Assembly (NCBI GenBank): GCA_963677925.2
Contig: CAXXYH010000004.1
Location: 224,001-288,000 of the forward strand
Source: Spirochaetia bacterium
GTDB taxonomy: Bacteria; Spirochaetota; Spirochaetia; UBA9216
Direction of reading: 5' to 3'
DNA length: 64,000 nt
Position numbers and translations under genes: made by a program
The notes under the pieces: generated by a model
Database searches by the model: none
The model's input: the letters and a program-made list of their open reading frames with translations, nothing else
What the model was told of the DNA's origin: nothing
Shown here: positions 28,211-38,984 of the stretch, in pieces
Numbering within the stretch: position 1 is the stretch's first letter
How the letters are laid out: every line of letters starts with the position of its first letter

Positions 28211-30127
28211 ATGAATACCAGAATTAATAAAGCATATTTTCTTATACCGATATTTTATTCTTTGATTATTGTATCACTGCTCTATCTTCAGTTTTCAGGC
28301 TCAAGGTCTTTTTCTGCAGAGATTGAAGGGATAAGCATAAAAGGAAGAACTACAGCCGGAAGCCCTGGAAAAGAGAGGGCCTTAAAGAACCTGCATGTCT
28401 ACTGCGGAGGAATTGATTTCTCTTTTGATGAAGAAAACCCGGTTATAATATATACTCAGGACGGACTGAACCACCTTGCGCATCCGGTTGACTACAGGGT
28501 AACCGCAACAGGAATTGATGTCCTTCTTGCCAAGAAAACCTCTGTATCTTTTTATGTTCAGCAGAACAACAAGCAGCAGATAAATATCGAAGTTACTTCT
28601 GAAGACCCCCTGTCTGTGAGGTACATTTCACTTCCCTTTTCAAGCGAAGGCTATACCGTTAGTGCAAGAGACGGCGTACCGGTAATTACCCTTGAAAATG
28701 AGGAAGACTCATCCAGATACTTTATTACCATGCCTGAAAACTGTGAATTCGATGCCGAGAATACAAAACTCAATATGTATCCTTCGGATACGACTTTCGG
28801 CTTACTGGCTGTTGAAAAAGCTCCTGAAAATATACTTGATGCCTTTGCATTCTGGTTTAACGGCAATTCGGAGCTGACAACCGAAGAAGATCTGCAGAAA
28901 GAAATAAAGGATTACCTTGATAAGTCAGTTTCAGCCATGAGAAATTCCAGATACAATTCGACCGGCGGGACCTGGGAATCGAAAACCGGACTTGATGTTT
29001 TTTCTGAGACAGCTTTAATGGCAAGCATGTCAGAGAGTGTAAATACCTCAGGCTACATCAGAACACGGGAAACGCTTGAGAACTCTGCAGCAAGAAACAG
29101 CGATGATCTTACTATTCTGAGTGCACCCCTGTTCGGAAATATTGTAAACGCCGGATGGAGCTATGATAAGAAAATCTCGGATCTTGTGAATCCGCTTGAA
29201 AGAAAATCAGGTATAGCTGATTATTCAATCTTCACCCAGCCTGAACTTATCAATGTAATAATGACCGAAAATTCGGAAAGGCTGCTCGCAAACATCCGGA
29301 AAATGTCTGAAGAACTTGCCGAGAACAGTATTGATGTAGCGACTGCTGTTTCAATCCTCGACTTCTACAACAGGATGAAAGCTGAAGCACCCGATAAAGC
29401 AGAAGACCTTCAGGGCTTTGAGACCCTGCTCAGCGATATTATCCTTCCGTCTGTAGCAATGGCAGGAAAGGGTTTGTTCATTATGACTGATGAATCAAGT
29501 TCAGAAGTTTCAGTTTCACTTACTGCAGGACTGAACATGATTCACAACCAGAGCGCCGAAGAGGCTGAAAACGTTCGCACTCTAGGACGTGAGCTTGTAA
29601 AATCGGTACTGGATCTTTCAGACAGCAGAGGCTTTCTGCCTGAGAGAGTTATTAAAAATGAAGATGATGAGGCTTTAACTGACGGAGTAATAAACCCGGA
29701 AGATGTTTACTCATTATTGAGTACAAACACCTACTATCCGGAGGAAGACTTCTTCCTTACTGAACTCGGCGAGCCGGTCAGCGTTTACAATGCCGCTGAT
29801 AATTTTGAGATTGAAAAGACCGAGACAGGATACAAAATAAGCATGGACTACCCTGCTGGGGCTATTCACTCCTTTGTAATAAGAAACTTCAAACCTTTTT
29901 ATTCGATGAATCTTCTAGGCTATCAATGGAACGCCGACCACCGCTTTATGACCTACTTCAGCGGATGGTGGTACGACAGATCGAACCAGTGCCTGTATGT
30001 AAAAATACGGCACCGATTCACAACAGAAGAGATCCTGATCGAAACAAACCGTCCGGCAGTACAGCCGGCCCCGGCAACTGAGACGTCAACCGAAACAGCA
30101 GCGCCGGCTGCGGAAACCGTACAGTAA
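28211..30127 (+). CDS. Membrane-anchored hypothetical protein
   Basis: Long ORF with an N-terminal TM helix and a Pro/Ala/Thr tail. ATG 28211 is preferred over TTG 28172, which fits a -35 box. Confidence 0.7.
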   Translation: MNTRINKAYFLIPIFYSLIIVSLLYLQFSGSRSFSAEIEGISIKGRTTAGSPGKERALKNLHVYCGGIDFSFDEENPVIIYTQDGLNHLAHPVDYRVTATGIDVLLAKKTSVSFYVQQNNKQQINIEVTSEDPLSVRYISLPFSSEGYTVSARDGVPVITLENEEDSSRYFITMPENCEFDAENTKLNMYPSDTTFGLLAVEKAPENILDAFAFWFNGNSELTTEEDLQKEIKDYLDKSVSAMRNSRYNSTGGTWESKTGLDVFSETALMASMSESVNTSGYIRTRETLENSAARNSDDLTILSAPLFGNIVNAGWSYDKKISDLVNPLERKSGIADYSIFTQPELINVIMTENSERLLANIRKMSEELAENSIDVATAVSILDFYNRMKAEAPDKAEDLQGFETLLSDIILPSVAMAGKGLFIMTDESSSEVSVSLTAGLNMIHNQSAEEAENVRTLGRELVKSVLDLSDSRGFLPERVIKNEDDEALTDGVINPEDVYSLLSTNTYYPEEDFFLTELGEPVSVYNAADNFEIEKTETGYKISMDYPAGAIHSFVIRNFKPFYSMNLLGYQWNADHRFMTYFSGWWYDRSNQCLYVKIRHRFTTEEILIETNRPAVQPAPATETSTETAAPAAETVQ

Positions 30128-30129
30128 AT

Positions 30130-30159
30130 AAAAACCCCTCAGCGAAACCGCCGAGGGGT
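30130..30159 (-). terminator. Intrinsic terminator between convergent genes
   Basis: ACCCCTC/GAGGGGT stem with a T-run on the minus strand. Confidence 0.7.
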
Positions 30160-30185
30160 GAATAATCGAAAATATTTATTAATAT

Positions 30186-32342
30186 TTACTCTGTAATGTG
30201 GAAAGTGATGCTCATGCTCAGACTGTCAATGAAATTATTAAGATTTAGACCATCATAAGTTAATATAGTTCCATCTAATGTTGCATCACCATCTGCATCA
30301 TTAGTTCCATCCCCAAAAATATCAAAATTTAATGCGCTCATTATGGACTGACCAAAGAAATCCAAGGTAACAAAACCAGTAGGCTGCCATCTAACCATGA
30401 AGTTCATCTGGCCTTCCCAGTCAGTATTAGTATAATCCACTGTTGTTGATCCTGTTGTGGAAGAACTTACAGAAGTACTTGCAGCAGGAGAAACATCTGT
30501 ACCATCCGTTGTAGTACTAGTAATCACACTGGTGGTTGTTGAATCAGCAGTAGTGCTGACTTCTTTGCTCACTGAACTGAACAGGTTATACCCACCGATA
30601 ATTGAAAGTTTGTTATCAAAAAGATTGATCGCAGCAGAAACAGGAATGATAAAATTATGAGTAAATTCGTTGTCTGTAGATTTTCCAGTGTAGGAAGTTG
30701 TGGTAACTTCAGTAACAGTTCCCTGTACATTACCTGCACCAAGGCCTACATCTGTAACCCCGGATGCATTTGTAGCCTGTGCAAGTGTTGATGTTGTATC
30801 TGTAGCAGAGGCTGTTTCTGTAGTAACTTCATTCAGATTGGAAGTACTGCCGAATGTGAAATCAGGAGCATAAAAGGCTCCGGCAGAAACTACCAGTAAA
30901 TTATCCTTGGTCTTAGCTTCAAGGACTCCTCCGACTTCAAAATTCAACAGGAATGCACTGCTTACATTTGGATTTGTAGTGGTATAGCTGTATGAATATG
31001 TTGAGTTTGTGGCCGCGCTGTCTGCTCTTGAATAGCTGATTGTTTTTGTTCCTGAAATAGTATCGGTATTAGAGTAATAACCTGCACCCATTTGAAATCT
31101 TGTTTTTGCACTTAAAATATCTGAAAGTACGAATTTCGGGTCTATTCTACCTTTTATAAGTCCTGTAAAAAATCCGTCATCAATTGCTGTCATATTTTGT
31201 GCTTCATTTCCCACAGCATCCCTTATAGTTGTAACATCAACCCATTCAGCACTGGTAGTAGCAGGAGTTGCCGCAGCGATGTGTTCACCTGCAATAGTTC
31301 CAAAATCCAGATTTGCAACACCAACAAGGTATGTAAGAGTTGAAGTATCATCTGCAGTTCCACCTGCTCCATCGGTATCAACGTATGAATCAACAACAGT
31401 TACATTTTGCGGGATGCCATAAGAAGTGCTGCCGTCACAACCTGCATCGATCTGAACTGAAGCAGTCACTGGCATTGAGTAATCAGCAATGGTGAGCGGA
31501 AGCTCTCCATTTAATGCAAGTGTCCAGTTATTATCAAGCAGCCCGGCTCCAGCAGAACCATCTTCTTTGTAACCATAGATAATATTTTTTGATATCGTCT
31601 GTTCAGCGGCAGTTGGATCAAAATCCAGCGTATCTGTACCCGGGGTGATTGCGTATGAATATGTTCCGCCTATGTATTCAGTATAATCGTTTATATTGAA
31701 GTATGCAGAGACCCCCATAAATCCGAGATCCACTCCAGAACCGATTGAGAAACTATTACCTGCAGCATAATCAGTATATGAATAAGCAGAGGTTGCTGTA
31801 TATCCGCTTACACCGTCAACGTTGGTATCATCATTTACATAGGTTGTTGATTCTGAATATTCTGAGTTGAGCTCTCCTCCGTTGGTTGGATAATTATCAA
31901 GAAGCTCAGTATAAAACTCTTCAAATCCTAATACTATTCCAGCCTGAAAGCCCATAACAGGCATAAGATATCCTAGTGAGAATGCTACATCACCTGATAA
32001 AGTATCAGCATTTCCGAAGTATCCGTCAAGCGAGTTTGTAGTAAAAGGGTTAACACCTGTTACAGGAGCAGTTATTGGTACTCCGACAGGAAAGTAATTA
32101 TATGACTGATAGTTTCCATAAGCAGTGAATAGTGAAACACCTTCAAAATCTGAAAGTTCAGCCGGGGAGGTAATAAGAACGTCTATTGCATCATAGAGCA
32201 TTCCATTCGAGACAACACTTATCATTGATCTTGGAATTAGAAAGGTGTTTGTGTCATAGGGGTTTGTCCAGGTTGTTTCCTGCGCGCTTACGAAAGAAAC
32301 AGCGAGAACCAGAAGAAGGCAGATCATGAGTAGTTTTTTCAT
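30186..32342 (-). CDS. Large Thr/Ser/Asp-rich exported (surface or outer-membrane) protein
   Basis: Signal peptide, strongly Thr-rich with YSY-type strands. Has its own extended -10 (TGn-TATAAT) and AGGAG Shine-Dalgarno. Confidence 0.7.
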   Translation of the reverse strand: MKKLLMICLLLVLAVSFVSAQETTWTNPYDTNTFLIPRSMISVVSNGMLYDAIDVLITSPAELSDFEGVSLFTAYGNYQSYNYFPVGVPITAPVTGVNPFTTNSLDGYFGNADTLSGDVAFSLGYLMPVMGFQAGIVLGFEEFYTELLDNYPTNGGELNSEYSESTTYVNDDTNVDGVSGYTATSAYSYTDYAAGNSFSIGSGVDLGFMGVSAYFNINDYTEYIGGTYSYAITPGTDTLDFDPTAAEQTISKNIIYGYKEDGSAGAGLLDNNWTLALNGELPLTIADYSMPVTASVQIDAGCDGSTSYGIPQNVTVVDSYVDTDGAGGTADDTSTLTYLVGVANLDFGTIAGEHIAAATPATTSAEWVDVTTIRDAVGNEAQNMTAIDDGFFTGLIKGRIDPKFVLSDILSAKTRFQMGAGYYSNTDTISGTKTISYSRADSAATNSTYSYSYTTTNPNVSSAFLLNFEVGGVLEAKTKDNLLVVSAGAFYAPDFTFGSTSNLNEVTTETASATDTTSTLAQATNASGVTDVGLGAGNVQGTVTEVTTTSYTGKSTDNEFTHNFIIPVSAAINLFDNKLSIIGGYNLFSSVSKEVSTTADSTTTSVITSTTTDGTDVSPAASTSVSSSTTGSTTVDYTNTDWEGQMNFMVRWQPTGFVTLDFFGQSIMSALNFDIFGDGTNDADGDATLDGTILTYDGLNLNNFIDSLSMSITFHITE

Positions 32343-32415
32343 ACGTTTTCTCCTAACAAATTTTTATATTAATTATAACACATTGGTTTTCAAATGATAG
32401 AGCCGGACAAAAGTT

Positions 32416-33033
32416 TTATATTTCAAACTTTATAGTAAATCTCATACGCACAGCAACTGGATTTCCCCCGGTTCTTGCAGGACTGAACGTTGAATCATGA
32501 ATCATCTTCTCAGCAGCTTCATCAAAACCGAATCCGGCTGACTTGAGGACTCTGATTTCATGTACTGTACCGTTTTCATCAATATCCGCCTCAAGAATTA
32601 CGGTCCCTTCAATGCGCTCACGCTCAGCCTGAATTGGATAATCAAGCCCAGCCTTTATTAAAAACTCAGGACGGATATCAACCCGGTAGAAGGGAAGGTA
32701 TTCTCTTGCAGGCACCCCGCCTTCATCGGCCGCAGATTCAGTTTTCTGAGGAGGAGCCTGTACCGGTTCGGGCACTTCGGCGGCTGGTTCTTCAACAGGA
32801 ATTACAGCCTCATTTACCATTTCCTGTATTTCGGGTTCCGGTTCAATCACCGGCTCAGGCTGCTGGGGGATTACCGGCTGTTCAACCAGAACTACATCAA
32901 CCATCTCTATAAATTCGGCTTTTTTCTTAACGGTTTCCTCTGCTGTTATTTGAAAGTGACGGGTAAGAAGCAGAACATGAATTAAGACAGAGACTATAAC
33001 TGCTGCAGCCCAGGCATAACGCTTCGGTTTCAT
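32416..33033 (-). CDS. tonB: Energy transducer TonB
   Basis: N-terminal TM with SxxxH, Pro/Glu-rich linker, YP...EG.V and SAGFGFD TonB C-domain. Confidence 0.9.
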   Translation of the reverse strand: MKPKRYAWAAAVIVSVLIHVLLLTRHFQITAEETVKKKAEFIEMVDVVLVEQPVIPQQPEPVIEPEPEIQEMVNEAVIPVEEPAAEVPEPVQAPPQKTESAADEGGVPAREYLPFYRVDIRPEFLIKAGLDYPIQAERERIEGTVILEADIDENGTVHEIRVLKSAGFGFDEAAEKMIHDSTFSPARTGGNPVAVRMRFTIKFEI

Positions 33034-33425
33034 TCACTCACCGTTTCATCATCCATAATCAGGACAATATCTGTAAGTCCCGAGGCTTGAAGGATATCCA
33101 GGGTTTTATCAATATTACTGTAGAATGTATTTTTATCGGCAACAAGATTTATTACTGTACCGGAAGGAACCTGATTCAAAGTCCTTTCAAAACGTTCAGA
33201 CGTCATATACTCACCGCTGATACCGTTACTGCCGTCGGAAGCTACATTAACTGTCAGGGTAGCGGGGAATTCAGTCTGCTGCATAAATCGGAATTGCGGC
33301 AGCTGAATCTCGCCATACTCATCAACACTTGCAGTGAGTATCAGAAAAATGAGCAGAAGAAATGCAATATCCGGCATAGCAAACATCGTTATTGAAGATT
33401 TTCTCTGTCTGATGCGTATTTTCAT
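33030..33425 (-). CDS. exbD: ExbD/TolR biopolymer transport protein
   Basis: MPDIAFLLLIF TM with the essential Asp. ADK motif. Confidence 0.85.
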   Translation of the reverse strand: MKIRIRQRKSSITMFAMPDIAFLLLIFLILTASVDEYGEIQLPQFRFMQQTEFPATLTVNVASDGSNGISGEYMTSERFERTLNQVPSGTVINLVADKNTFYSNIDKTLDILQASGLTDIVLIMDDETVSE

Positions 33426-33865
33426 TCCGCAGCCTCCCCTAGCTTTAAACCTATTGGTTCACCCTCGAGGTAACGGATTGTAAACTTCGAAATTCCTGAT
33501 TCCTTAGTTATTTCCATTATACTGATGATGCTCTGATATTTCACATCAGCGTCTACATTCAGAATCATCACGGGATCCGGGAGAGGCCCTGCTGCCTTAC
33601 TGATAAGTTCTGAGAGTATCGTCTTACCTGACGCAGGCTGTTTATTCACCAGGAATTCATCTTCTGAAAGTACATCAACAATAACCACCTCGTCTGCAGT
33701 CATGGTTCTGGGGCTGGAATCTTTTGCAGGCAGTTTCAGGACAATCCCGGCTGTCGACATAAAAACTGCTGATACAAGAAAAAAGATAATGAGAAGAAAT
33801 GAGATATCAGTCATTGCACCGGTAAAATCACTCACACTACCGGATTTCCTGGTGTTAATCTTCAT
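33422..33865 (-). CDS. exbD: ExbD/TolR biopolymer transport protein
   Basis: MTDISFLLIIFF TM with the essential Asp. Confidence 0.85.
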   Translation of the reverse strand: MKINTRKSGSVSDFTGAMTDISFLLIIFFLVSAVFMSTAGIVLKLPAKDSSPRTMTADEVVIVDVLSEDEFLVNKQPASGKTILSELISKAAGPLPDPVMILNVDADVKYQSIISIMEITKESGISKFTIRYLEGEPIGLKLGEAAE

Positions 33866-33870
33866 TATTT

Positions 33871-34437
33871 CTAATCGTTTCTGCTTCTTGCAGTCCTGGT
33901 GACAAGTTCTTCAACACCGTGGGCTGAAGCAGTGAGTACAAAACGGAACAGATGCTCGGAAGCGAGGCAGATAACAGCAATTATAAGCCCGAAGCCTGTT
34001 GTAATAAGAGCCTCTGAAATACCCCCTGCAACAAGATTAACCGACACCTTATTGGCATCTGCAATAGTCTGGAAGGAGGCAATCATGCCGGAAACGGTTC
34101 CTATAAAGCCGAGAAGGGGCGCTACCGCACTTATCGCTGAAATATATTCCAGCCTCCGGAACATCCGGTCATAGACAAGCTGAACTTCCTGACTGATATA
34201 CTTTTCAAAATCATCAGCACTCTGAGAAAAAAGATCTGTTCCGTCAAAACCGGAAAACAGAAGTCCCTCTTTTCCGGAACTTTTTAAATATATCTGAAAC
34301 TGCGAGATACTCTTATTAAAGCAAAACATCTGTATAAGGCATTCAATGATCAGAGCGACTCCGGCTGCTGATAAAACCAGAAGCGGCCACATAAAGATAC
34401 CGCCGGAAAGAAATAATGCTGAAATTGTAGTATTCAT
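33871..34437 (-). CDS. exbB: ExbB/TolQ/MotA proton channel
   Basis: APLLGFIGTVSGM and GISEALITTGFGL motifs. Confidence 0.9.
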   Translation of the reverse strand: MNTTISALFLSGGIFMWPLLVLSAAGVALIIECLIQMFCFNKSISQFQIYLKSSGKEGLLFSGFDGTDLFSQSADDFEKYISQEVQLVYDRMFRRLEYISAISAVAPLLGFIGTVSGMIASFQTIADANKVSVNLVAGGISEALITTGFGLIIAVICLASEHLFRFVLTASAHGVEELVTRTARSRND

Positions 34438-34445
34438 AGTTGCTC

Positions 34446-36887
34446 CTAAAATGAAATGCTTAAGCCGAGTTCACAGGTCAGCAGGGTTATAAGAAGATCG
34501 GTCCATGTATATTCATATGTATAGTTTCTAGATGCAAAATCAGCTGTAGTAGAGCCGGGAGATTCCTGCAGAGATTCTTTTAACTCCATTCCTGCATAAT
34601 TCAATCCATCAATAAGGTTAGCGGTTTTAAAGAAAAAATTCAGATCATCATCACCGAAACTCATGTTAGCAGTCAGTTCATAGGTCGGGACATAATTATA
34701 AGCCGTATTATAGTCACCATAACTGATAGTCGTTCCCAAGCCTGACTCTTCAACAATCTGAGGAGTAAAGGGCTGACCGCTGTAGATGAAGAGATTAAGA
34801 TTCAGCCTGAATTTTCCATTTTTATATGATCCGCTTCCTTTTAAAGCATTCTGAACTTCGGTATTGGGGATAACCCATCCGTATTCCTCTGTCATATACC
34901 TGGTCCAGGAAAAGGCATAAGACAGACTCCAGTCAAAAAACTCTCCGGCATTATTTTTCCAGGTCAAATCAATACCTGTTGAATATCCGTATTCCGGATC
35001 AAGGGCAACCAGCTGTGAATCAGTATCCGAATAGGATGTGTTCATATTGATTCCGTTCAAATCATAATACCAGGCAAAGTATGGAGAAGCCTTCAAGGAA
35101 GAATCATCACTAAGCATATAAACAGCCTGTACCGCCCCAATTGCTGCCATTGGAGGTTCTTCAAGAACAGTTTCAGAATCTACTTCGTAGTATATTTCAT
35201 CAATCCGTCTTTCAATAAGTGAGACTTCATCGATTATTCCCGGGGACCAGCCGGCAGTCAGGGCAATTGATGTCTTTTCAAGAGACCAGACTATTTCGCC
35301 TTCCACCGACGGACGGAAGATATTGGATTGGGGATACCATAAAACTCCTCCGCCTGCATTATAATCAAGATTATCAGTATCACCTAAAATCTTACTGTAC
35401 AGATAGGCAGTGAAAAGCAGATCTTCATAATTGAGATTTGAATGACTGTAGTTAGTATATACAGTGCCCTCGCTGTCTTCTGCATACTGTGAATCAGAAT
35501 AGAGGCCGTACAGACCGGAAAGCCGTGAGTTAAGACCGGAGATAAAAAGTAGGTCCGGACCGAGATAAAAGCCCGCCTCATCGCCGGCCTGTATAGACTG
35601 ATAATTGTACTTATATGAAGCTTCATAATTGCTTGTAAAGCCGAAATTTTCACCTGAAAAACTGTAGGAAAGGTCCGCAGTATCCTGATAAAGGGAGCCG
35701 AAAACATAGAGCTTATTTCCGAATGACGGATTTACCGACCACGCCCACTTGCTTCCTGCGGCAGCAAAATACGGCAGATATGAGGAATTAAAAAAAGCCT
35801 CTTCAAAGGACAGGTCCCATCCGTAGGAATCATAAAAACCTATCACATCAAAGCTGAAATCATGATTTGGAGGAGTGTATCTGAGGCTTGCAAGGATATC
35901 CCCATATGAAATATCAGTGGGCATGTCATCTTCATTAAGCTGATCCTCGCTGGCAATCTCAATAACAAGACCCATTAATGGAAGAGTAGTAAAATTAAGA
36001 ATCGACTGGGTCAGTGAAACAAGCAGACTTAATTCGGGGGTAAAACGCATTGTAGACAAACCCGAAATTTCTGAGGTTGAAGGTGTGAGGGTGAAATTCC
36101 AGCCGTCCTCAGCCCTTTTCGGGTTAAGCACAAAGACTCCGCCTATCCCGGGTCCATATTCAACCGGACTTGCACCCTTGTAGACTTCAATTGAATCTAC
36201 AGCCTCACGTGGAATTACTGCTTCTGCCTCCGGAGAGCCGTAAACATGTTTGTTGGAAGGAAGTCTGATATAATCATAGTAATAGTTATTCCAGTCACTT
36301 TCTCCGCCATATACTGTAACCTCTGATCTTTCTGCTGTTTTCATCCTTCTCTCCGGAAGAACCAGAGGGGAGCCCTCGGAAGTATCACTCATCGACATGG
36401 ATTCGGAAACAGCAGCACTCATAATATCAAGCTCTTTGATGATCCCGTCTTCTTTGGCCAGAGCATCAAAGGGATCGGCTCCTACCGGTTCGCTCTCCAG
36501 CTCTTCAGAAGTCACACCGTCATTTATTTCAGCTGCGGCTTTCTGAGGTTCAGCCTTTACTGTTATCGTATCCATCTCGACAACTTCAGGTTCAATTATC
36601 AGAGTAAGCGGTACACTGGAGAGTTCCAATTCCGGAAACTCCTTCTCGATAAATCCGGGAACAGAAACAAGGATGGTAAACGGTGTATCAGGAATCAGGT
36701 AAAGGGTGAAGCTTCCGTCAGCTTCGGTTATGGTAATATCATCTGTTTCAAGAAGCACTACAGTGGCATCGGCAACAGGGTTTCCGGTATCAGCAACAAC
36801 TTTACCGGTTAGCTCCCTGGAAAAAACAGCGGATACCAGTATCAGGTTAATGATTATAATACTCAATAATATTTTTACATTTTTCAT
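34446..36887 (-). CDS. TonB-dependent receptor-like outer-membrane protein
   Basis: Signal peptide, carboxypeptidase-regulatory-like N-domain, TonB-box-like DTITVKA, plug motif IEVYKG...YG...GGV, terminal Phe. First gene of the exbBD-tonB operon. Confidence 0.8.
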   Translation of the reverse strand: MKNVKILLSIIIINLILVSAVFSRELTGKVVADTGNPVADATVVLLETDDITITEADGSFTLYLIPDTPFTILVSVPGFIEKEFPELELSSVPLTLIIEPEVVEMDTITVKAEPQKAAAEINDGVTSEELESEPVGADPFDALAKEDGIIKELDIMSAAVSESMSMSDTSEGSPLVLPERRMKTAERSEVTVYGGESDWNNYYYDYIRLPSNKHVYGSPEAEAVIPREAVDSIEVYKGASPVEYGPGIGGVFVLNPKRAEDGWNFTLTPSTSEISGLSTMRFTPELSLLVSLTQSILNFTTLPLMGLVIEIASEDQLNEDDMPTDISYGDILASLRYTPPNHDFSFDVIGFYDSYGWDLSFEEAFFNSSYLPYFAAAGSKWAWSVNPSFGNKLYVFGSLYQDTADLSYSFSGENFGFTSNYEASYKYNYQSIQAGDEAGFYLGPDLLFISGLNSRLSGLYGLYSDSQYAEDSEGTVYTNYSHSNLNYEDLLFTAYLYSKILGDTDNLDYNAGGGVLWYPQSNIFRPSVEGEIVWSLEKTSIALTAGWSPGIIDEVSLIERRIDEIYYEVDSETVLEEPPMAAIGAVQAVYMLSDDSSLKASPYFAWYYDLNGINMNTSYSDTDSQLVALDPEYGYSTGIDLTWKNNAGEFFDWSLSYAFSWTRYMTEEYGWVIPNTEVQNALKGSGSYKNGKFRLNLNLFIYSGQPFTPQIVEESGLGTTISYGDYNTAYNYVPTYELTANMSFGDDDLNFFFKTANLIDGLNYAGMELKESLQESPGSTTADFASRNYTYEYTWTDLLITLLTCELGLSISF

Positions 36888-36893
36888 GCTGGT

Positions 36894-36922
36894 ATTATAT
36901 ATGCTGCCAGAAGCTGTTTCAA
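36894..36922 (-). promoter_or_regulatory. Sigma70 promoter TTGAAA-N17-TATAAT, 6 nt before the ATG (leaderless)
   Basis: Near-consensus boxes at 36922-36917 and 36899-36894. No Shine-Dalgarno. Confidence 0.7.
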
Positions 36923-36926
36923 CATT

Positions 36927-36967
36927 AAAAAAGCCTCCGGAGAAACGCTGAAGGCTTCCCCGGAGGC
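36927..36967 (-). terminator. Intrinsic terminator after tkt
   Basis: GCCTCCGG/CCGGAGGC stem followed by T6 on the minus strand. Confidence 0.75.
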
Positions 36968-36989
36968 CTGTTATAGGCTGTCAAGCTTC

Positions 36990-38960
36990 TTATTTTTCGA
37001 TAAGAGCCTTAAGGTATGGTGCTGTAAAATGAAAGTGCTCGGCAACTTTTGCAGCAGGTCCGCATTCACCGAATCTTTCGATGCAGAACATATCGTCTGC
37101 TGATGTTGCAAGTTTTTCCCATCCGTATGAGCTTCCTGCTTCAGCGGCAATTACCCTGCAGCCCGGAGTTACGATAGAATCCCTGAAAGCCTTGTCCTGC
37201 TTGAGGAAGGTTCCAAGATCCGAGATCGAAACAACCCTTACCTTCTTTGAAGAGGTTTCAGCGGCTTCAACTGCAAGTGAAACTTCAGAACCGGTTGCAA
37301 CAACAATTACATCAGGTGTTCCATCGCAGTCTACTGCCACGTATCCGCCCTTTCTGTAGTTGGCTTTCCAGTTTTTGTCAGCCTTTTCATAGACCTTGAG
37401 GTTCTGTCTTGTAAGCGCAATTGATGTAGGACCGTCTTTTTTCTCGATAGCCATCTGCCATGCTACGTTTGTTTCCTCCGCATCTCCGGGTCTGAGAGCC
37501 TGAAGATTAGGAATAACACGGAGCGATGCCATGTGTTCAATAGGCTGATGGGTCGGTCCGTCTTCACCGACAAAAATTGAATCGTGAGTGAAAACCCATA
37601 CTGAGGGAATTCCCATGAGTGCGGCAAGCCTGATTGGAGGTCTCATGTAGTCGGCAAACACAAGGAAGGTTGCACCGTAGGATCTGAGGCCGCCGTGAAG
37701 GACCATACCGTTTACGATACCGCCCATTCCGTGTTCCCTGATTCCAAAGTGAAGGTTTCTTCCGCTTCGGTCTGATTTTGAGAAATCACCCATTCCCTTA
37801 AGAACAGTCTTATTTGAGGGACCGAGGTCCGCAGAACCGCCGATAAGGTTGGGAATAACTGCAGCAACAGCATTTATTGCCTTTTCTCCAGCTACACGGG
37901 TTGCAACACTGTCGCCGGCCTTGTACTCGGGCATTGCGGAATCTGCAACACTTAAGTCCTCGGCAAACCACTGGTCCCACTCTGCCTTGAGAGCTGCATT
38001 TTCACTGCTCCAGTTTTTGAAAGCATCCTGCCATGCATCATATGCAGAAGCACAGCGCTTTTTAACATCGTTGAAGTATGTTACAGCATCCGGATCGACA
38101 TAGAAATCCTGATCTTCGGGGATTCCGAGCTTCTTTCTGGTTGCTATGATTTCTTCCTGACCCAGGGGTGCTCCGTGAGTATTATGATCGCCTTCCATGT
38201 TGGCGGAACCCTTTCCGATTACACCTTTCATAATAACCAGAGTCGGTTTTCCTGTTTCAGCCTTTGCCTTTTCAACTGCGGAATAGAGCTCATCAACATT
38301 GAATGCATCAGCATTGAGGACCTGCCAGCCGTAGGCTTCGAATCTCTTGCCTACATCTTCTGAAAAAGCGATATCGGTATCACCTTCGATAGTAATTCCG
38401 TTTGAGTCATAGAACATAATAAGCTTGCCCAGGCCCAGATGGCCTGCAAGGGATGCAGCCTCTGAAGAAACGCCCTCCATCAGACAGCCGTCACCATTAA
38501 TTACATAAGTATAATGATCGACAATCTTGTGCTTATCGGTGTTGAATTTTTTGGCCAGAATAGTCTCGGCCATTGCCATACCTACGGCGTTGCTGATACC
38601 GGCGCCAAGAGGTCCGGTTGTTGTATCAACACCTTCGGTATAATTATATTCAGGATGACCCGGAGTCATAGAGCCAAGCTGTCTGAAATTTTTCAGGTCA
38701 TCCAGAGTTACCTTGAATCCTGCAAGATGCAGAATAGAATAGAGAAGCATTGAACCGTGTCCCGCAGACAGCACGAACCGGTCTCTGTTGATCCACTTCG
38801 GATCTGCAGGGTTGTAGTTCATTACTTCACCGTAGAGGACTGAGGCTACCTCAGCATTTCCCATAGGCATACCCGGATGTCCCGAGTTAGCCTTCTGTAC
38901 GGCATCCATTGCAAGGGCTCTTATGCTCTTTGCTGATGCACTTAATCCTTTGTTATTCAT
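36990..38960 (-). CDS. tkt: Transketolase
   Basis: SGHPG, RDRFVLSAGH, GDGCLMEG TPP motif, THDSIFVGEDGPTHQP. Confidence 0.97.
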   Translation of the reverse strand: MNNKGLSASAKSIRALAMDAVQKANSGHPGMPMGNAEVASVLYGEVMNYNPADPKWINRDRFVLSAGHGSMLLYSILHLAGFKVTLDDLKNFRQLGSMTPGHPEYNYTEGVDTTTGPLGAGISNAVGMAMAETILAKKFNTDKHKIVDHYTYVINGDGCLMEGVSSEAASLAGHLGLGKLIMFYDSNGITIEGDTDIAFSEDVGKRFEAYGWQVLNADAFNVDELYSAVEKAKAETGKPTLVIMKGVIGKGSANMEGDHNTHGAPLGQEEIIATRKKLGIPEDQDFYVDPDAVTYFNDVKKRCASAYDAWQDAFKNWSSENAALKAEWDQWFAEDLSVADSAMPEYKAGDSVATRVAGEKAINAVAAVIPNLIGGSADLGPSNKTVLKGMGDFSKSDRSGRNLHFGIREHGMGGIVNGMVLHGGLRSYGATFLVFADYMRPPIRLAALMGIPSVWVFTHDSIFVGEDGPTHQPIEHMASLRVIPNLQALRPGDAEETNVAWQMAIEKKDGPTSIALTRQNLKVYEKADKNWKANYRKGGYVAVDCDGTPDVIVVATGSEVSLAVEAAETSSKKVRVVSISDLGTFLKQDKAFRDSIVTPGCRVIAAEAGSSYGWEKLATSADDMFCIERFGECGPAAKVAEHFHFTAPYLKALIEK

Positions 38961-38984
38961 TTTTCACCTCGTTTTGTGAGCTGC

